Assembly (NCBI RefSeq): GCF_018977255.1
Contig: NW_024704742.1
Coordinates: 56,112,001 to 56,176,000, forward strand
Direction of reading: 5' to 3'
DNA length: 64,000 nt
From: Callorhinchus milii
Lineage: Eukaryota
A model generated the notes under the pieces. It worked only from the letters and a program-made list of their open reading frames with translations, was not told the origin of the DNA and ran no database searches. The translations under genes and the position numbers were made by a program. The stretch's first letter is position 1, and every line of letters begins with the position of its first letter. Positions 13,722-26,944 of this stretch are shown here, piece by piece.

Positions 13722-14522
13722 GCAGCCTGGCTCAGTTGGTAGAACGCTTGCTTCTGAATCAGAAGGCTGTGTGTTCAAGCCACACTTTGGGACTTGGATC
13801 TTTCACAGTTCAAGCCCTCCACAGTCTTGCTCCTCCCTACCTCTGCGACCTACTAAACCTTTGCCAACCTGTCTACTCCCTCTGCTCAGTGGGCACTCGC
13901 CTGCTCCACATCTCCCATCCTCTCCACTCCACCATCGGTGGTCAGACCTTCAACCTTTCTGCTCCCACCCTCTTCATTCTTCATCTCAGAGCCCCTCCAC
14001 CTTGTCCCGACCCTTGCCTCCTTCAAGGTCCATCTCAGGACGTTCCTCTTCAACTGTGCCTTTGATCAACTTCCCATCCCCATCCCCCTTGCTCTCCACC
14101 CCTTTTGATTCCAACCCCCAGCTGGGGTCCAACCTTTCACTATCCAGGGCCTTGGGACGTCCTCCAGTTGTGAAAGGCACTATATAACTGCAATTTGTTC
14201 TTGTTGTTGGAATTTGTTTAGTCTAGGATAACACTCCAATTCGTAATGGGAGTGTCCTTTGAATGAAATGTTAAACTGAGGTCCTGTTTGCCTGCTCAGC
14301 TGAATGATAAAGATCCCATGGCACTTTTTGAAAAGAGAATGGAGAGCCCTGGCCAGGAATCCCCAATTACTGCATGGCTGTTTGTGGGACATTAGAGTAT
14401 TTAAACTGACTGCTGCATTTGCCCACAGTCACTGTATTTTACCATATATCCTGTAAGAACTTTGAAGCATCACCCTGATGTGAAAGGTGCTGTATCAATG
14501 GAAGAATTGTTATTTGTTATTA
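13722..14522 (+). mobile_element. Older DeuSINE split by an L2 3' fragment (L2 about 13800-14210)
   Basis: SINE head at 13722-13798. L2 segment (ALHSLAPPYLCDLL) ends in a ttgttg tail. SINE core resumes near 14245. Confidence 0.75.
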
Positions 14523-16116
14523 ATTTTAGTTCTGAATATATGCCTTTTATCCTTAGGAAATGAAATAGTGCAGTGAATAAATCCAGTACTTTCACAAAGC
14601 GCACATAACCCTCTCAGCCAGCCACTCTGGCTCAGTGGTAGGAAAGCATACACACTCCCCAAAGCAAAACTTCAAAATATTTTTCCACCCTACACTTCCA
14701 CTGTACCACCCTACAGTTCCTCCCAACTACCGTATCTCTCTTCTGATCAGAATCTGAATCCAGAATCAGAAATCAGAATCCATATTGGCTTCCAAAAGGT
14801 AACAAGATAACACCAAATGATTGCTTCTGATGGAGTATGAGTAGTTATCCATGAGGATAATTGGGAATAAACTTCATCTTTCTCGTTTGGCTCTCAGGTT
14901 CAATTATATAAATTCTTACATTTATACATCTATTCCTCAAAGAATTTTGAAGGCCACTGGAAACATTTTGCACTGTTTATTGATTATTTTAGGAAACCTG
15001 TTACGATTTCTTTGCAAGCATATTATATTTTGATCAGATGGGTGTCTTGCATATATGGAAACCAATTACCATGCTTAATAGTGACCAAACCAAACCAGAC
15101 CAAACCAAGCCACAATTGTCTGGAATGGAATGCACACTCTCTCCTTGAAAGGATGCAACTTGCTTATCTAATTTCAGAGAGTATTTGGCACAGGTTGGCA
15201 AGAGCCAAGATTTGGGGATTTCAGAGTGTATGTTGGGGTACTGTTGGAGTTTAACTGCATAGCTTGCCATTGAGAGTAATGTTTGCACCCTTCACACTGC
15301 TTGTCTAGCTAGGACCACTCTAACTATTAGGGCTTTTAACAGTTTTAACAGATGCTGAGTGCAAGAATCACTAAAAAATCACTGGCTGCAGTCTTCCCTC
15401 CAAGTCATGCAGTGAGTCTGCCTGGCTTGTCTTTCATCTATAGTGCCCAAAAGTACTGCAGATGGACCTGACAGGCTTGTCTTGCAAACCTATAGGGATA
15501 ACATTTTTGGTGTTTTACTATCACAAGCAATGTGTTATGAATCACTTTTGCTCCCCATGTTTCATGGCTAAATTTAATCCAGGAACAAAATAATTCATCT
15601 TTAAATGTTGTGCGCCTTGTTTTTAGAAGCCAGATTACAGGAAGCCTGTAGAATAGAGGCAGGTTGAAAAATGACTGTGGGAAGTGCTGTCTATCTGAAT
15701 CAGTGTCATATCATACAGATAGGACTTCATTTCCATCTTGTTTAGCTTTCTGCCTTCAGCTGTTACGCAACTCCCCTCACATATGTAACCATGTAGTTTT
15801 ATAGTAGTGGAGAGCAATCACAGTAAAGTGTTAACTATAGGCAACAAATGCTACAAGCTGGAAGGTAAAACACTGAAGCACCGGATTCTCAACTAGAAGA
15901 CAAAATTTCATGCTTAGGTGACGTTCACATTCAAGCTTCACCCAAAGGGGTGATTAGTCTCAGCAGGTTCATCTGGCAAAGGGAGAAACGTTGGCTGGAA
16001 ACGGTTCGTTTTCCATCTGCTGAAGCAGAAACCCTCCCCAAGGTCATCAAACTGTAGCACTGGTGTCTACAAACAAACCCGTCAGATGGTCTTTTCCCAC
16101 CTCCCAACTCAGGAGG

Positions 16117-17600
16117 AAACAAGAAGAACAGAATTACATTTGTATAGCACCTTTCACATCGGGAGGACGTCCCAAGGTGCTGGACAATAAGTGTTTCAGA
16201 CCTAAGCTGGGGTTCAGGATTGGGAAGGGTGGAGGGCAGGGGAGGAAGAGGGTGACCGAAGGCACGGTCGAAGAGGAGGGTCTTGAGACTGGTCTTGAAG
16301 GAGGCAAGGGAGGGGGCGAGGTGGAGGGAATGCGGGATGGAGTTCCAGAGGGTGGGGGCAGAGGGGCTGAAGGCCCGGGGGAGGCAGGGGACATGAAGCA
16401 GGCCGGAACCTGCAGAGTGGAGGGAGTGGGCAGCTTGGTAAGGGGTTAGGTGGTCACAGAGGTAGGGGGGAATGAGGCCATGGAGGTCTTTGAAAGTGAG
16501 GACCAGGATCTTGAACTGCTTCCTCTGTGGAGTCGGGCGAGGATGAGGGTGATAGGGTCGTGGAGCCGAGTTCAGGAGAGGACATGGGCTGTGCTGGATG
16601 ATCTGCAACCTTCGGAGGGAGAAGTTGGGGTGGCTGACAAGCAGGGAGTTTGCATAGTCGAGCATGAACGTTATAAATGTGTGTACGAGGATCTCAGCAA
16701 CCTGCGTTGTGAGACAGTGGCGGAGCTGAGCAAAGTTGCGGATGTGGGGAACGGTGGAGCGGGTCATGGCACATGATGTGAGGAGGTATGAAGGACAGTT
16801 GAGGGCTGAACAGGTTGCTGAGGTTCGGTATTGGCTCCATGAAATGTAGAGTGCATCCATGGAGCGAGATGTGTCAGTGCCCAGGGTATGGAGGTGCTGA
16901 CGGGAGATAAGCAGGAGAGTCTCAGTCTTCTTGACATTCAACTGTAGAAATTTAACTCTCATCCTGGACTTGGTATTGACAGACAGTGTGTGAGGATAGC
17001 AGTGGCCCTGGAATTGAGGGTGGAGGCAGAGAGGTAGAGTTGGGTGTCATCCGCGTACATGTGTAAATTGAATCCATGTCTGCGGATGATGTCACCAAGC
17101 AGGAGCGTATAGATATTGAAAAGGAGAGGGACAAGGACAGAGCCCAGAAGGATGCCACGATTGATGGTGCGGGGGCTGGAGGAGAAGATGTTAGTGCCGA
17201 CAAAGTGGAGACAATGGAAGAGGTAGGATTCGAACCAGGCAAGGGCAGGTCCCCAAAGATTAAGCTGAGAGGAGAGACATTGGAGGAAGATAGAATGGTC
17301 GACAATGTCGAAGGCAGCAGAGAGGTTGAGGAGGAGAAAGAGGCAGAGACCCCTGGTCGCAGATGATCAGAATGTTGTTAATGACTTGGACCAGGGCTTG
17401 GCCTTGAAGAGGAAAGGGAGGTTGGAGATGGACGATAGCTGGAGAGTAGGGATGGGACCAGGGAAGGTTTTTTGAGGATAAGGTTGTTTAGGGGGATGGG
17501 AAACAGTGCCAGTGGATAAGGAGAGGTTGATAATGTCGGTTAAAAGAGGGGCCAGGAGATAGAGCTAAGAGATGAGGAGAGGGGTGGGAATGCAGAGTGT
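16117..17600 (-). mobile_element. L2 LINE, 5'-truncated (~1.5 kb) and frameshifted
   Basis: Peptides [27 protein letters not shown] and FKILVLTFKDLHGL. Tail ...gaaaggtgctatacaaatgtaattc. Confidence 0.9.
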
Positions 17601-18974
17601 GGGTGAATAGGATTGATGCAGGAAGCTTAAAAGAGGACAGATTAAAATATTACCAAGTATGCATAGTAACTCATATGAAGTCTGCCATATTAATAACTTT
17701 GCTTCCAGGTTGATTGCTTTACTGTGACATCAAATTTAACTGAGCTGTCTTGCAAAGATCAACAACAGATTTATTACTATTGAAATTGTGCTCTACAGGA
17801 CTTATAAGCAAATGTGTACATACGGGCTTTTTTTTTCCAATTTTTCACTCCATCTCTTCTTCTCCTGAAGGTCTTTGACTAATGTTTCCATTGGTCTCTG
17901 CATTAACAGAGCCATATGCCAACATGCGCTATTGCAGTGAATGTTCCATCAACCTGTAGTTGAAATTCATGACACAGTGGGAGGCTATTTGACTATTGTT
18001 TAGTGTCAGTGTGCTAGTTCCAATTTTCTGCTCTTTTCCAATACTCTCATCATACCCGTCTTCTGCATGTACTATACACTTCCCTTTCAAATGCTCCCAA
18101 TCAACTCTGCTCCAACAGGCAGCTCTGGAAAATCATTCCACAGCATGGCAACCCTCTGGGTGTATTAAACTGTCTCACACAATTTCACCAAGTTCACAAG
18201 AAAGGAAAGAAAAAAATAAATCGAAAGAAATGTGAGGATTATTAGAAGAAGGTCCTTCAGCCCATCTGATCTCATCCCTCCAAACTTGGGGGTGGGGAGG
18301 AGGGGGTTCTTTGTGGCTGGGGAAAATAAAGGAAAGCTGGTGAAAGCCCATCAGTGATCAGGATGGGTAGAAGCCCATGTGGTGTATAATAATAATATTA
18401 TAATAATAATAATCCTTGCATTTGATATAGCGCTTTTCATGTCTTCTAGACGTCTCAAAGCGCTTCACAGAATACACCGTAAAGTGAATTGGCTGTATAT
18501 TTGTGGAAGAAACAAAGCAGCCAATTGTGCACAGCAGTGTCCCCCAAACAGTCGTGGATTGAAGTGACCAATTTATTATTTTTTTCTTGAGGTCTGATAA
18601 TGGTCTGATTCAAAAATCAAGAGTGCTACCAGCTAGCCATTGTAACTTGAGTGTCAAGATTTCACATAAGTCATCATAGCTAAAACAAAAACACTTGCAT
18701 AATTTTTCCACTGAAATATCAATGGACTATCTTTATATTTCCCCTTTCAGCTTCTGCAACAGACACTTAATTACAAAATAAATAAAATCTACTGTTATTG
18801 CATAGGTTATCATTAAAAATGTTTTTAAAAAAGACAATATTTACTAACTTATATTTACTATTTACAAACTTAATTTATAAACATTGTTAAGGTCTAGTTG
18901 GGCTGAATGGCCTGTTTTTGTGCTGTAGGTTCTATGCAATTCTATCACTAGGGAAGTAGAGAGAGCTTTAAACT

Positions 18975-21637
18975 AATAAGGGGGGGGGAGTAACGGTTAA
19001 ATATAAACTCGCAAAGCGAATAAGAAATCAAGGCTGCAGAGCAGAGTAACAACCTGGGAGATGAAGAACAGAATGTGTCAAGTAAGGACAAAGAGTTTTA
19101 ACAAAGAAAATTGGGCGTTAATGAGTAGGGGAAATAGTAAAAGGTTAAAATTAAAGACACTCTACCTGAATGCACTAAGCAGTAGTAACAAGATAGATGA
19201 ATTAATGGCACAAATAGAGATAAACAGGTACGATCTAGTAGCCATTACTGAGACGTGGTTACAGGGAGACCAAGGTTGGGAGCTAAACATTCCAGGGTAC
19301 CTGAGGTATAGGAAAGATAGGCAATATGGAAAACGAGGTGGGGGGTAGCCCTGTTAATAAAGGATGAGATAAAAACAGTAGAGAGGAAGGATCTTAAGTC
19401 AGAAAATCAGGATGTAGAATCGGTATGGGTGGAGCTAAGAAACAACAAGGGGCAGAAAACACTAATAGGAGTAGTTTATAGACCCGTGAACAGCAGTTAC
19501 AGTTTTGGGCAGAGTATTAATCAGGAAATTAGAGGAGCATATAACAAGGGTAATACAATAATCGTGGGTGATTTTAATCTTCATATAGACTGGGAAAATC
19601 AAATTGGCAAAAGTAAATTAGAGGATGAGTTTATGAGAGATAGTTTTCTGGATCAGTATGCTGAGGAACCAACCAGGGAACAGATTGTCCTAGATCTTGT
19701 AGTGTGTAATGAAGCAGGGCTAGTCAGTAATCTTGAAGTTAAGGCTCCTCTAGGGCAGAGTGACCATAATATGATGGAATTTAATATTAAGTTTGAGAGT
19801 GATGTAGTTAAGTCCGAAACAAGGGTCTTAAACTTAAATAAAGCCAACTTTGCAGGTATGAGGGACAATTTGGCTAAAATAGACAGGGAAAGTAGATTAA
19901 AAGATATGACGGTAGACAAGCAATGGCAAACATTCAAAGATATATTAGATAATTCCCAGCGAATGTATATTCTCTTGGGAAAAGTGATTCAACCGATTGA
20001 GAAGTTAAGGAAAGTATAAAATTAAAGAGGTCTATAATATTGCCAAAAAGAGCTGTAAATCTGAGGATTGGGAGAGATTTAGAGATCAGCAAAGGATAAC
20101 CAAGAAACTGGTTAAGAGGGAGAAATTGGAATATGAGAGTAAACTAGCTAGAGATATAAAGACAGATTGTAAGAGCTTTTACAAGTATATAAAGAGGAAG
20201 AGATTAACAAAAGTAAATGTGGGTCCCTTACAGACAGAGACAGGAGAAATTATAATGGGAATAAGGAAATGGCAGAGTCACTAAATAAATACTTTGCTTC
20301 TGTCTTCACGTTGGAAAATACTAAAAACTTACCAGAAATAGTGGGGATAGTGGGGAACCAAGAGACTAATGTTAGTGAGGAACTTAAAGAAATTAATATC
20401 AGTAAAATAATAATACTAGAGAAATTGATGGGACTAAAAACTGATAAATCTTCTGTACCTGATGGCCTGCATCCTAGGGTTTTAAAAGAGGTGGGTGCAG
20501 AAATATGGATGCATTATTTTTGATCTTCCAGAATTCCCTGGATTCTGGAACGGTTCCTGTTGATTGGAAGATCGCAAACGTAACATTTAAAAAGGGTGGG
20601 AGAGAAAAAATGGGGAACTATAGACCAATTAGCCTGACATCGGTGGTAGGGAAAATTCTAGGGAAAATGAGTCCTTCTCAGATTGTCAGGTTGTGACTAG
20701 TGGAGTGCCGCAAGGATCAGTGCTTGGGCCTCAACTGTTTATAGTCTACATCAATAACTTAGATGAGGAAATAGAGCTTAATGCATCTAAATTTGCAGAC
20801 GATACATAGCTAGGTGGGAAAGTAAACTGTGAGAAGGACACAAGGAGGATGCAAAGGGATATAGATAGGTTAAATGAGTGGGTAAGAAGATGGTAGATGG
20901 AATATAATGTGGGAAAGTGTGAAGTTATTCGCCTAGGTAGAAAAAATAGAAAAGCAGATTATTTTCTGGAGGGGGAGAGACTAGATAGGTACAGCAAGCA
21001 ATTAGGAAGGCTCATAGCATGTTAGCGTTTATAGCAAAGGGGTTAGAGTACATGACTTGGTGAGACTGCACCTGGAATATTGTGTGCAGTTTTAGTCTCC
21101 TTATCTAAGGAAGGATATACTCGCCTTAGAGGGGGTGCAACGTAGGGTCTCTAGGTTGGTTCCTGGGATGAGCGGATTGACCTAAGAGGATATGTTGAGT
21201 AGATTACGCCCTCTATTCTCTAGGATATAGAAGAATTAGAGGTGATCTTATACAAACTTATAAGATTCTTAAGGGTCTTGACAGGGTAGATGGTGTGAGA
21301 CTGTTTCCTCTGGTTGGAGAATCTAAAACTATGGGTCATAGTCTCAGGATTAAAGGTCAGCCCTTAAGAACTTGAGTTGAGAAAACATTTCTTCACTCAG
21401 AGGGTAGTGAATATATGGAATTCTCTACCTCAGAAGGCTGTGGATACTCAATCACTGAACATATTCAAGACTGAGATTGACAGATTTTTAAAAACTAAAG
21501 GGATTAAGGGATATGGGGATAGGGCAGGTAAATGGAATTAGGCTAGAAGATCAGTCATGATCTTATTAAATAGCAGGGCAGGCTCGGGGGGCCGAGTGGC
21601 CTGTTCCTATTTCTTACATTCTTATATTTCTTATATT
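18975..21637 (+). mobile_element. CR1 LINE ORF2 remnant (APE endonuclease + RT) with internal deletions
   Basis: LYLNA...[55 protein letters not shown] and FADDT*. 3' gggccgagtggcct followed by a (ttcttat)n tail. Contains stops and frameshifts. Confidence 0.93.
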
Positions 21638-23635
21638 CCAGCACCTTGGGACGTCCTCCCAATGTGAAAGGCGCTCTATAAATGTAATTTTGTTGTTTGT
21701 TGTTGCTCTTATGTTCTTATCACTGTTTTCTTCAAAGTGTGATTTCACTTTAATGTAGAAATGATAGAAATGTTCAATAAGTACTTTATATTATAATAAT
21801 AATAATCCTTGCATTTGATATAGCGCCTTATTACATCATTGAGATGTCTCAAAGTGTTTCACAGAATATACTGTAAAGTGAATTGATTGTTTATTTTGTG
21901 CGTGAAACTTTCTTCATTGTTTCCATCAGAAGATCATGGATAGGGGGAAATGTAGGAATACTCAAGAATTATGTGAGAAATCATCTCCTTGATGTTAAAT
22001 AACAAAAGAGATATTAGATAACATTTTCACCAGCAATAATTAAGGATCAGAATGTATTTGGAACATTACAGTCTCCGAGAGCATCACATTACATTAATAA
22101 GCCTTCCGAGACACCATCTGGAGTTAATGGCACGATAGAAATGCAAGTTGTTGTAAAACCTACTGCAATGCAAACTTCAAGTACTGCACTGTCAACTCAT
22201 GTGATACAATGATTTCTATTTCAATCATTTTCTTTCCTTATTAGTTTTGACTTATAGTTAAAGCTTATGTAAGAACACACAAAGCACAAACGCTTTGCTA
22301 CCGCTTGTTTCATTGCAAATTTCTCTTCACATATTTGGGTTCTGTGTGGAAATATTTGTCCTATGATAGTTTCCTTTCAATTGAATGAGTTCCATGCATG
22401 GTATCTACCTCAATTTAAAATCCTTAGATATGTGTACACACCATTTCACAAGGGTTATTCTTTCAATGAAATCAGAACATTGTCTTCTGGAGCATGGCCT
22501 CCCAAAAGGGAATAAGACATTTTGCAGGTTAATTGAAATTCTGTTGACGTTGGTTGTAAGGTTATTTCTCCTTAATTGGAAATCGCAAAAGCCTCTCCAG
22601 ATTAAACACTGGTTGAACATTGTGCTGGACTTGTTACCCCAGGTACATCATTCATGTCTTAAGATAATAGTAAACCCCACTTTGATGCTTTTATTCTTGA
22701 ACCATTTTTTACTCAGCAGGGATATATGATTCCCTCGAATTGATCTATAGTCACATTACTAATCCATTGATAGTCGGTGCTGACTTTGGGGAATTTTAAT
22801 TTCTTTATCTTTAATTTATTGATTTGCTTCACACAGAGGTGCTTAAATATCATTCTTCAGTTGTCCATACTTTGGTTATATTTTGCTGATGCCTTTTGTG
22901 ATTTTAAGAGCAAAGAGTATTTACATATTTGTCCAAGAGTTCCAGTGTTTTGAGGGCAGCCTGTTTTTCTAACTATTAGGTAAATAGCCCTGGGCTTCCA
23001 GGCAACTAGAGTCCAAGTTGTTATGTGGTAACATGGTATTGTATGATGCATTCAATGTGGTAATTATCACAGGGATTGCATTATGAAATGTCGCAAAGTT
23101 GTTCTCTACCGAGCCAGGCTATTCTCCCCCACAACCTGCATTGAGATTAGCTCATATTGAAAGCTGCCTTGATTGTAGAGATCAGCATTTAAGTGAAACT
23201 AGAAGAATTTCAAACTGAATTTAGCCGATATCCTGTGAAGCAGACTCAAATGCTGACTCTACAATATCAAATTCACATAGATCTGGTACCCAAAACTTCA
23301 TTGATGTTTGTAAAACAGTGAGAAATGGACAATCTCAGCATTTTATCATGTCTAAACATCTCAAAGCATTTTACATAAATAACAACTGTCAAGTGTAATG
23401 ACTGCTTTTTTTGTCAGGTAAATGTGGCAGCCATTTTGCCAAGAGCAAGGTCACAAAAGCAGCCTTTAGGTGAACTCCAAACAAAACAGTACTTCCAAAT
23501 GCAAAGGGAAATTTCAGTACTTGATGGCCAGAGCAGGTTACCAGGAAGGGTGATTAAGGCTCATTTATTGAACTCATTTTTAAAAAAAATTGCTTGATGA
23601 GGACAGTAGGGTAACTATTCAGGAGAAATCAATAA

Positions 23636-24765
23636 AGACAACAAATTGCATTTATATAATGCCCTTCATGTGAGGAGGAGGTATCAATGTGCTGGACAGT
23701 CGATGATTTGCACGTGAGCTGGGCATTGGATTCGGCATGGATGGGGCCAAGGTTACGGAGTGTTGGGTGGAGGGAGGTAGTCAAAGAAGAAGGCGTGGTC
23801 AAAGAAGAAGGTCTTGAGATGGAAGCAATGGAAGGGGCAAGGTGAAGGGACTCTGGGATGGAGCTCCCGAGAGTGGGGGCAGATAAATTTCAGGCATGAC
23901 CACCGATGGTGAGGTGGGCAGGGCAGGTTTGTGAAGCAGACCGGTACCTGCCGAGCGGTAGGAATAGGTGAGTTGGTAGGGTTTTAGAAGGTCACGGAGG
24001 TTGGGTGTGGCAAGACGGTGGATGGATTTAAAAGTGAGGAAGAGGATCTTGAAATCAATCCTCTGGGAAATGGGGAGCCAGTGGAACAAGAACAACAAAG
24101 TACATTTGTATAACGACTTTCACATCAGGAGGATGTCACAAGGTGCTGGAAAGTGAGGGATTTGGATTTGAGCAAGGGATTGGGATCAGGAGGGGTGGAG
24201 AGCAGGGGTAGGAGGGTGACTGAAAGTGCAGTCGAAGAGGAGGGTCTTCAGGCGTGCCTTGTTGGAGGCAAGAGAGGGAGTGAGGTGAAGGGACTGTGGG
24301 ATGGAGTTCCAAAGGATGAGGGAAGAGGGGCTGAAGGTCGGACCACAGATAGTGGGGCATGTAGCGTGGGGGACTGGAGTGGAGGGAGCAGACAGATTAA
24401 TTACAGGACTATGCAGTCCTGTAGTTCAGTGGTTAGAGCACTCGCCTTGCGAGCGAGACACCTGGGTTCAATTCCAGGCAGGGCGAAACCTTGAGCAAGT
24501 TTCCTTACTCCACACGCCTAATAATAATCCCTCCAAAGCAAAACAATAATAAATTGGTCATTTTCAATCCACGACTGTTTGTGGGACACTGCTGTGCACA
24601 ATTGGCTGCTGCGTTTCGCCCACAAATATACAGTCAATTCACTCTACAGCATATTCTGTGAAGCGCTTTGAGACATTGAGAAGACTTGCAAAGCGCTATA
24701 TCAATTGTAAGGATTATTATTATTATTAATTTGGAGTCAGCAAGTCACAGAGGTAGGAAGGAGCA
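23636..24765 (-). mobile_element. Two stacked L2 3' fragments, the second interrupted by a SINE
   Basis: Tails at about 23636 and 24086. Peptide [22 protein letters not shown]. Confidence 0.8.
24412..24727 (+). mobile_element. Full-length young tRNA-derived SINE inserted into an L2 fragment
   Basis: A-box-like tagttcagtgg, B-box-like ggttcaattcc, gggacactgctgtgcacaattggctgc body and (ATT)n tail. Minus-strand L2 sequence lies on both sides. Confidence 0.88.
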
Positions 24766-26944
24766 ATCATAGTTAATGTGATAATTATCACATCACATCA
24801 TGCATCTCGCCCCATCAATTCTAAGTGTTCAACTTGGCTGTTTTAGTTGTAGTTTGAACATCATGGATAGCTCAGTTGGACAATACTTGGAACACGAATG
24901 CTCTGCATTCAAATCCAGGTGAGTTTTCCATCATTTTGACAAATTGAATTTAGAAGTATCCTCTTTGTGGGATGAGACAGATAACCCAGAGGCTATATAA
25001 CTCCAAAGAAATAGCAAGTGTGATAATGCAAGCAGTTGCACAATTATCTTGGGTACAATTTAAGGCTGCCTGGTGTGTTTGGCTCCTCAGTGAAACTTGT
25101 AGGTATAGACAGGTCTTTACAAACCAAAGCCCTAAGCAGCAAGGTTAGATAAGTTTTGTACTAACTGGTTACCCGTTTCTTTAATTCATGGTTAAATTGG
25201 ACATGATTTTCACAGCTGAATGCAGGAAAGCATTAGTATAACATTAAAAATCCACTCCCATCGTAAACTCTGTTATCTATTTTGAAAGCACTTAGAGGAG
25301 TGCAATCTCTTCACATTAAATAGCAGTCTGAGTGAGTCTCAGCCACCTGATGGTAGAGCAAACACTTATCCTAATGGCATGGAAACAGCTGCCTCTTGAC
25401 ACAGGGAGAAGACTGTGGTCTCCTCAGGGAGCCTGAGCAGCAAGGAGTACTTTGGCCCTGTGCCAGGGGAGAATGGAAGCTTGTTGCAAGGGACAGGAGA
25501 GCAGCCCCTAGGGCAGGGCAGACTGGCCCCTCAGTTAGCAGGAAGGGATAGTGAGAGTACCCTCAGTGTGTGAGTGTATGGAGGAGTCGAGTAGTAGAGC
25601 ATTAGTGAGTAATCTCTTTTAGTAGACTTGCTTTCAGTGTGCAGGGCAGCAGAGTGGCTCACTGGTGAGGGAATTCAAAGACTGGTCTTTTGATTCAGAG
25701 ACTGCAATACATCATAGTTCATGACAGCAATTGACAGGAAAGATAACATTGCTCTGATGGTTTAACTCGACTGAAAACCAGTAGTCTATATGGATTTGAC
25801 TTTCATTATAAAATGCCTTTCTCTTAATTATTTTCACTTCTGTGAAGCGCTTTGAGATGTCTTGATGATGTGATAAGGAGCTATATCAAATGTAAGGATT
25901 AGTATTATTTTTTTTATTTTATTAGTCTTTTTTGGTCTGGCAATGCAAATCAATAGCAACTTGCATTTAGATAGCATCCATCGCATAGTGGTGATGTCTC
26001 ATAGTGCTTAAATAGACACATATAATGTTTATGAGTATCTAAACCAATATGAGTGTTTGATATATATATGCCACCTGTAGCTGGTAATCTCCCTGTGCCT
26101 GGAATGGAATGCACACTCTCTCCCTGGAGGGATGCACTGTGTTAACTTAATTCAGGAAAGTATCAGGTGGCTTGTTGAAAGCCAAAGCTTGGGGACCGTG
26201 GAGTGTCTTGAGGGAACTGCTGTGGTATAAACAGCCAAACCTGGATAGATTGCCATTGATATCATGGTCTGGTAGGTTTCTTGTTGCTTGTCCAGCTAAG
26301 ACCATGCTACCTATTAATACTTTGGCTTGTAAGATTAACAGGAGTTAACTGTGAAGAAACCCACCCTAGTGATCAGTCTGTCCCCACAAGTATTGGTAAT
26401 GAGTCAGGCTAGCTGGTCTGTCATCAGCAGTGCCGACCCACCTGGCTCAGGAACCAGCCCATCAAGATCACCACAGAGAATTGACTCGATTCCATATTAT
26501 CTATTGATGCCCAAAGGCAAATGTAAAATGAAACCCCATCATTGGAACACTGGAGATTATCTTTGCTCATAATTCCCTAATCTTTTTCTCTTGCAACTAT
26601 GTTCAGAAATGTTAGATAAATAAAAGTAACATTTTACTCAGCAGTTTCTGATCACAGAAACCCTTCCAACTCCAGTGCATTTTGATCCATAGGTAATAAG
26701 AGCTCACGATATTTCATTGTGAAGTCGTTCCATATAGCACAGTCTACTGAACTGTCTATTGGCACTTTATTGTAACAGATTATTCACTAAACTCCATTGT
26801 TCAGTCACCTGTTGTAGATGTTTTCTGATTCCATGGGCCATCACAGTTTAAGACTGCAAAACAGCTGAGTGCTCCATGGGGTGTAAAGTTAAACAATGAA
26901 GTCTATAGAACTGCAATAAACCTATTTGAGGGTTACTGCAGGTT

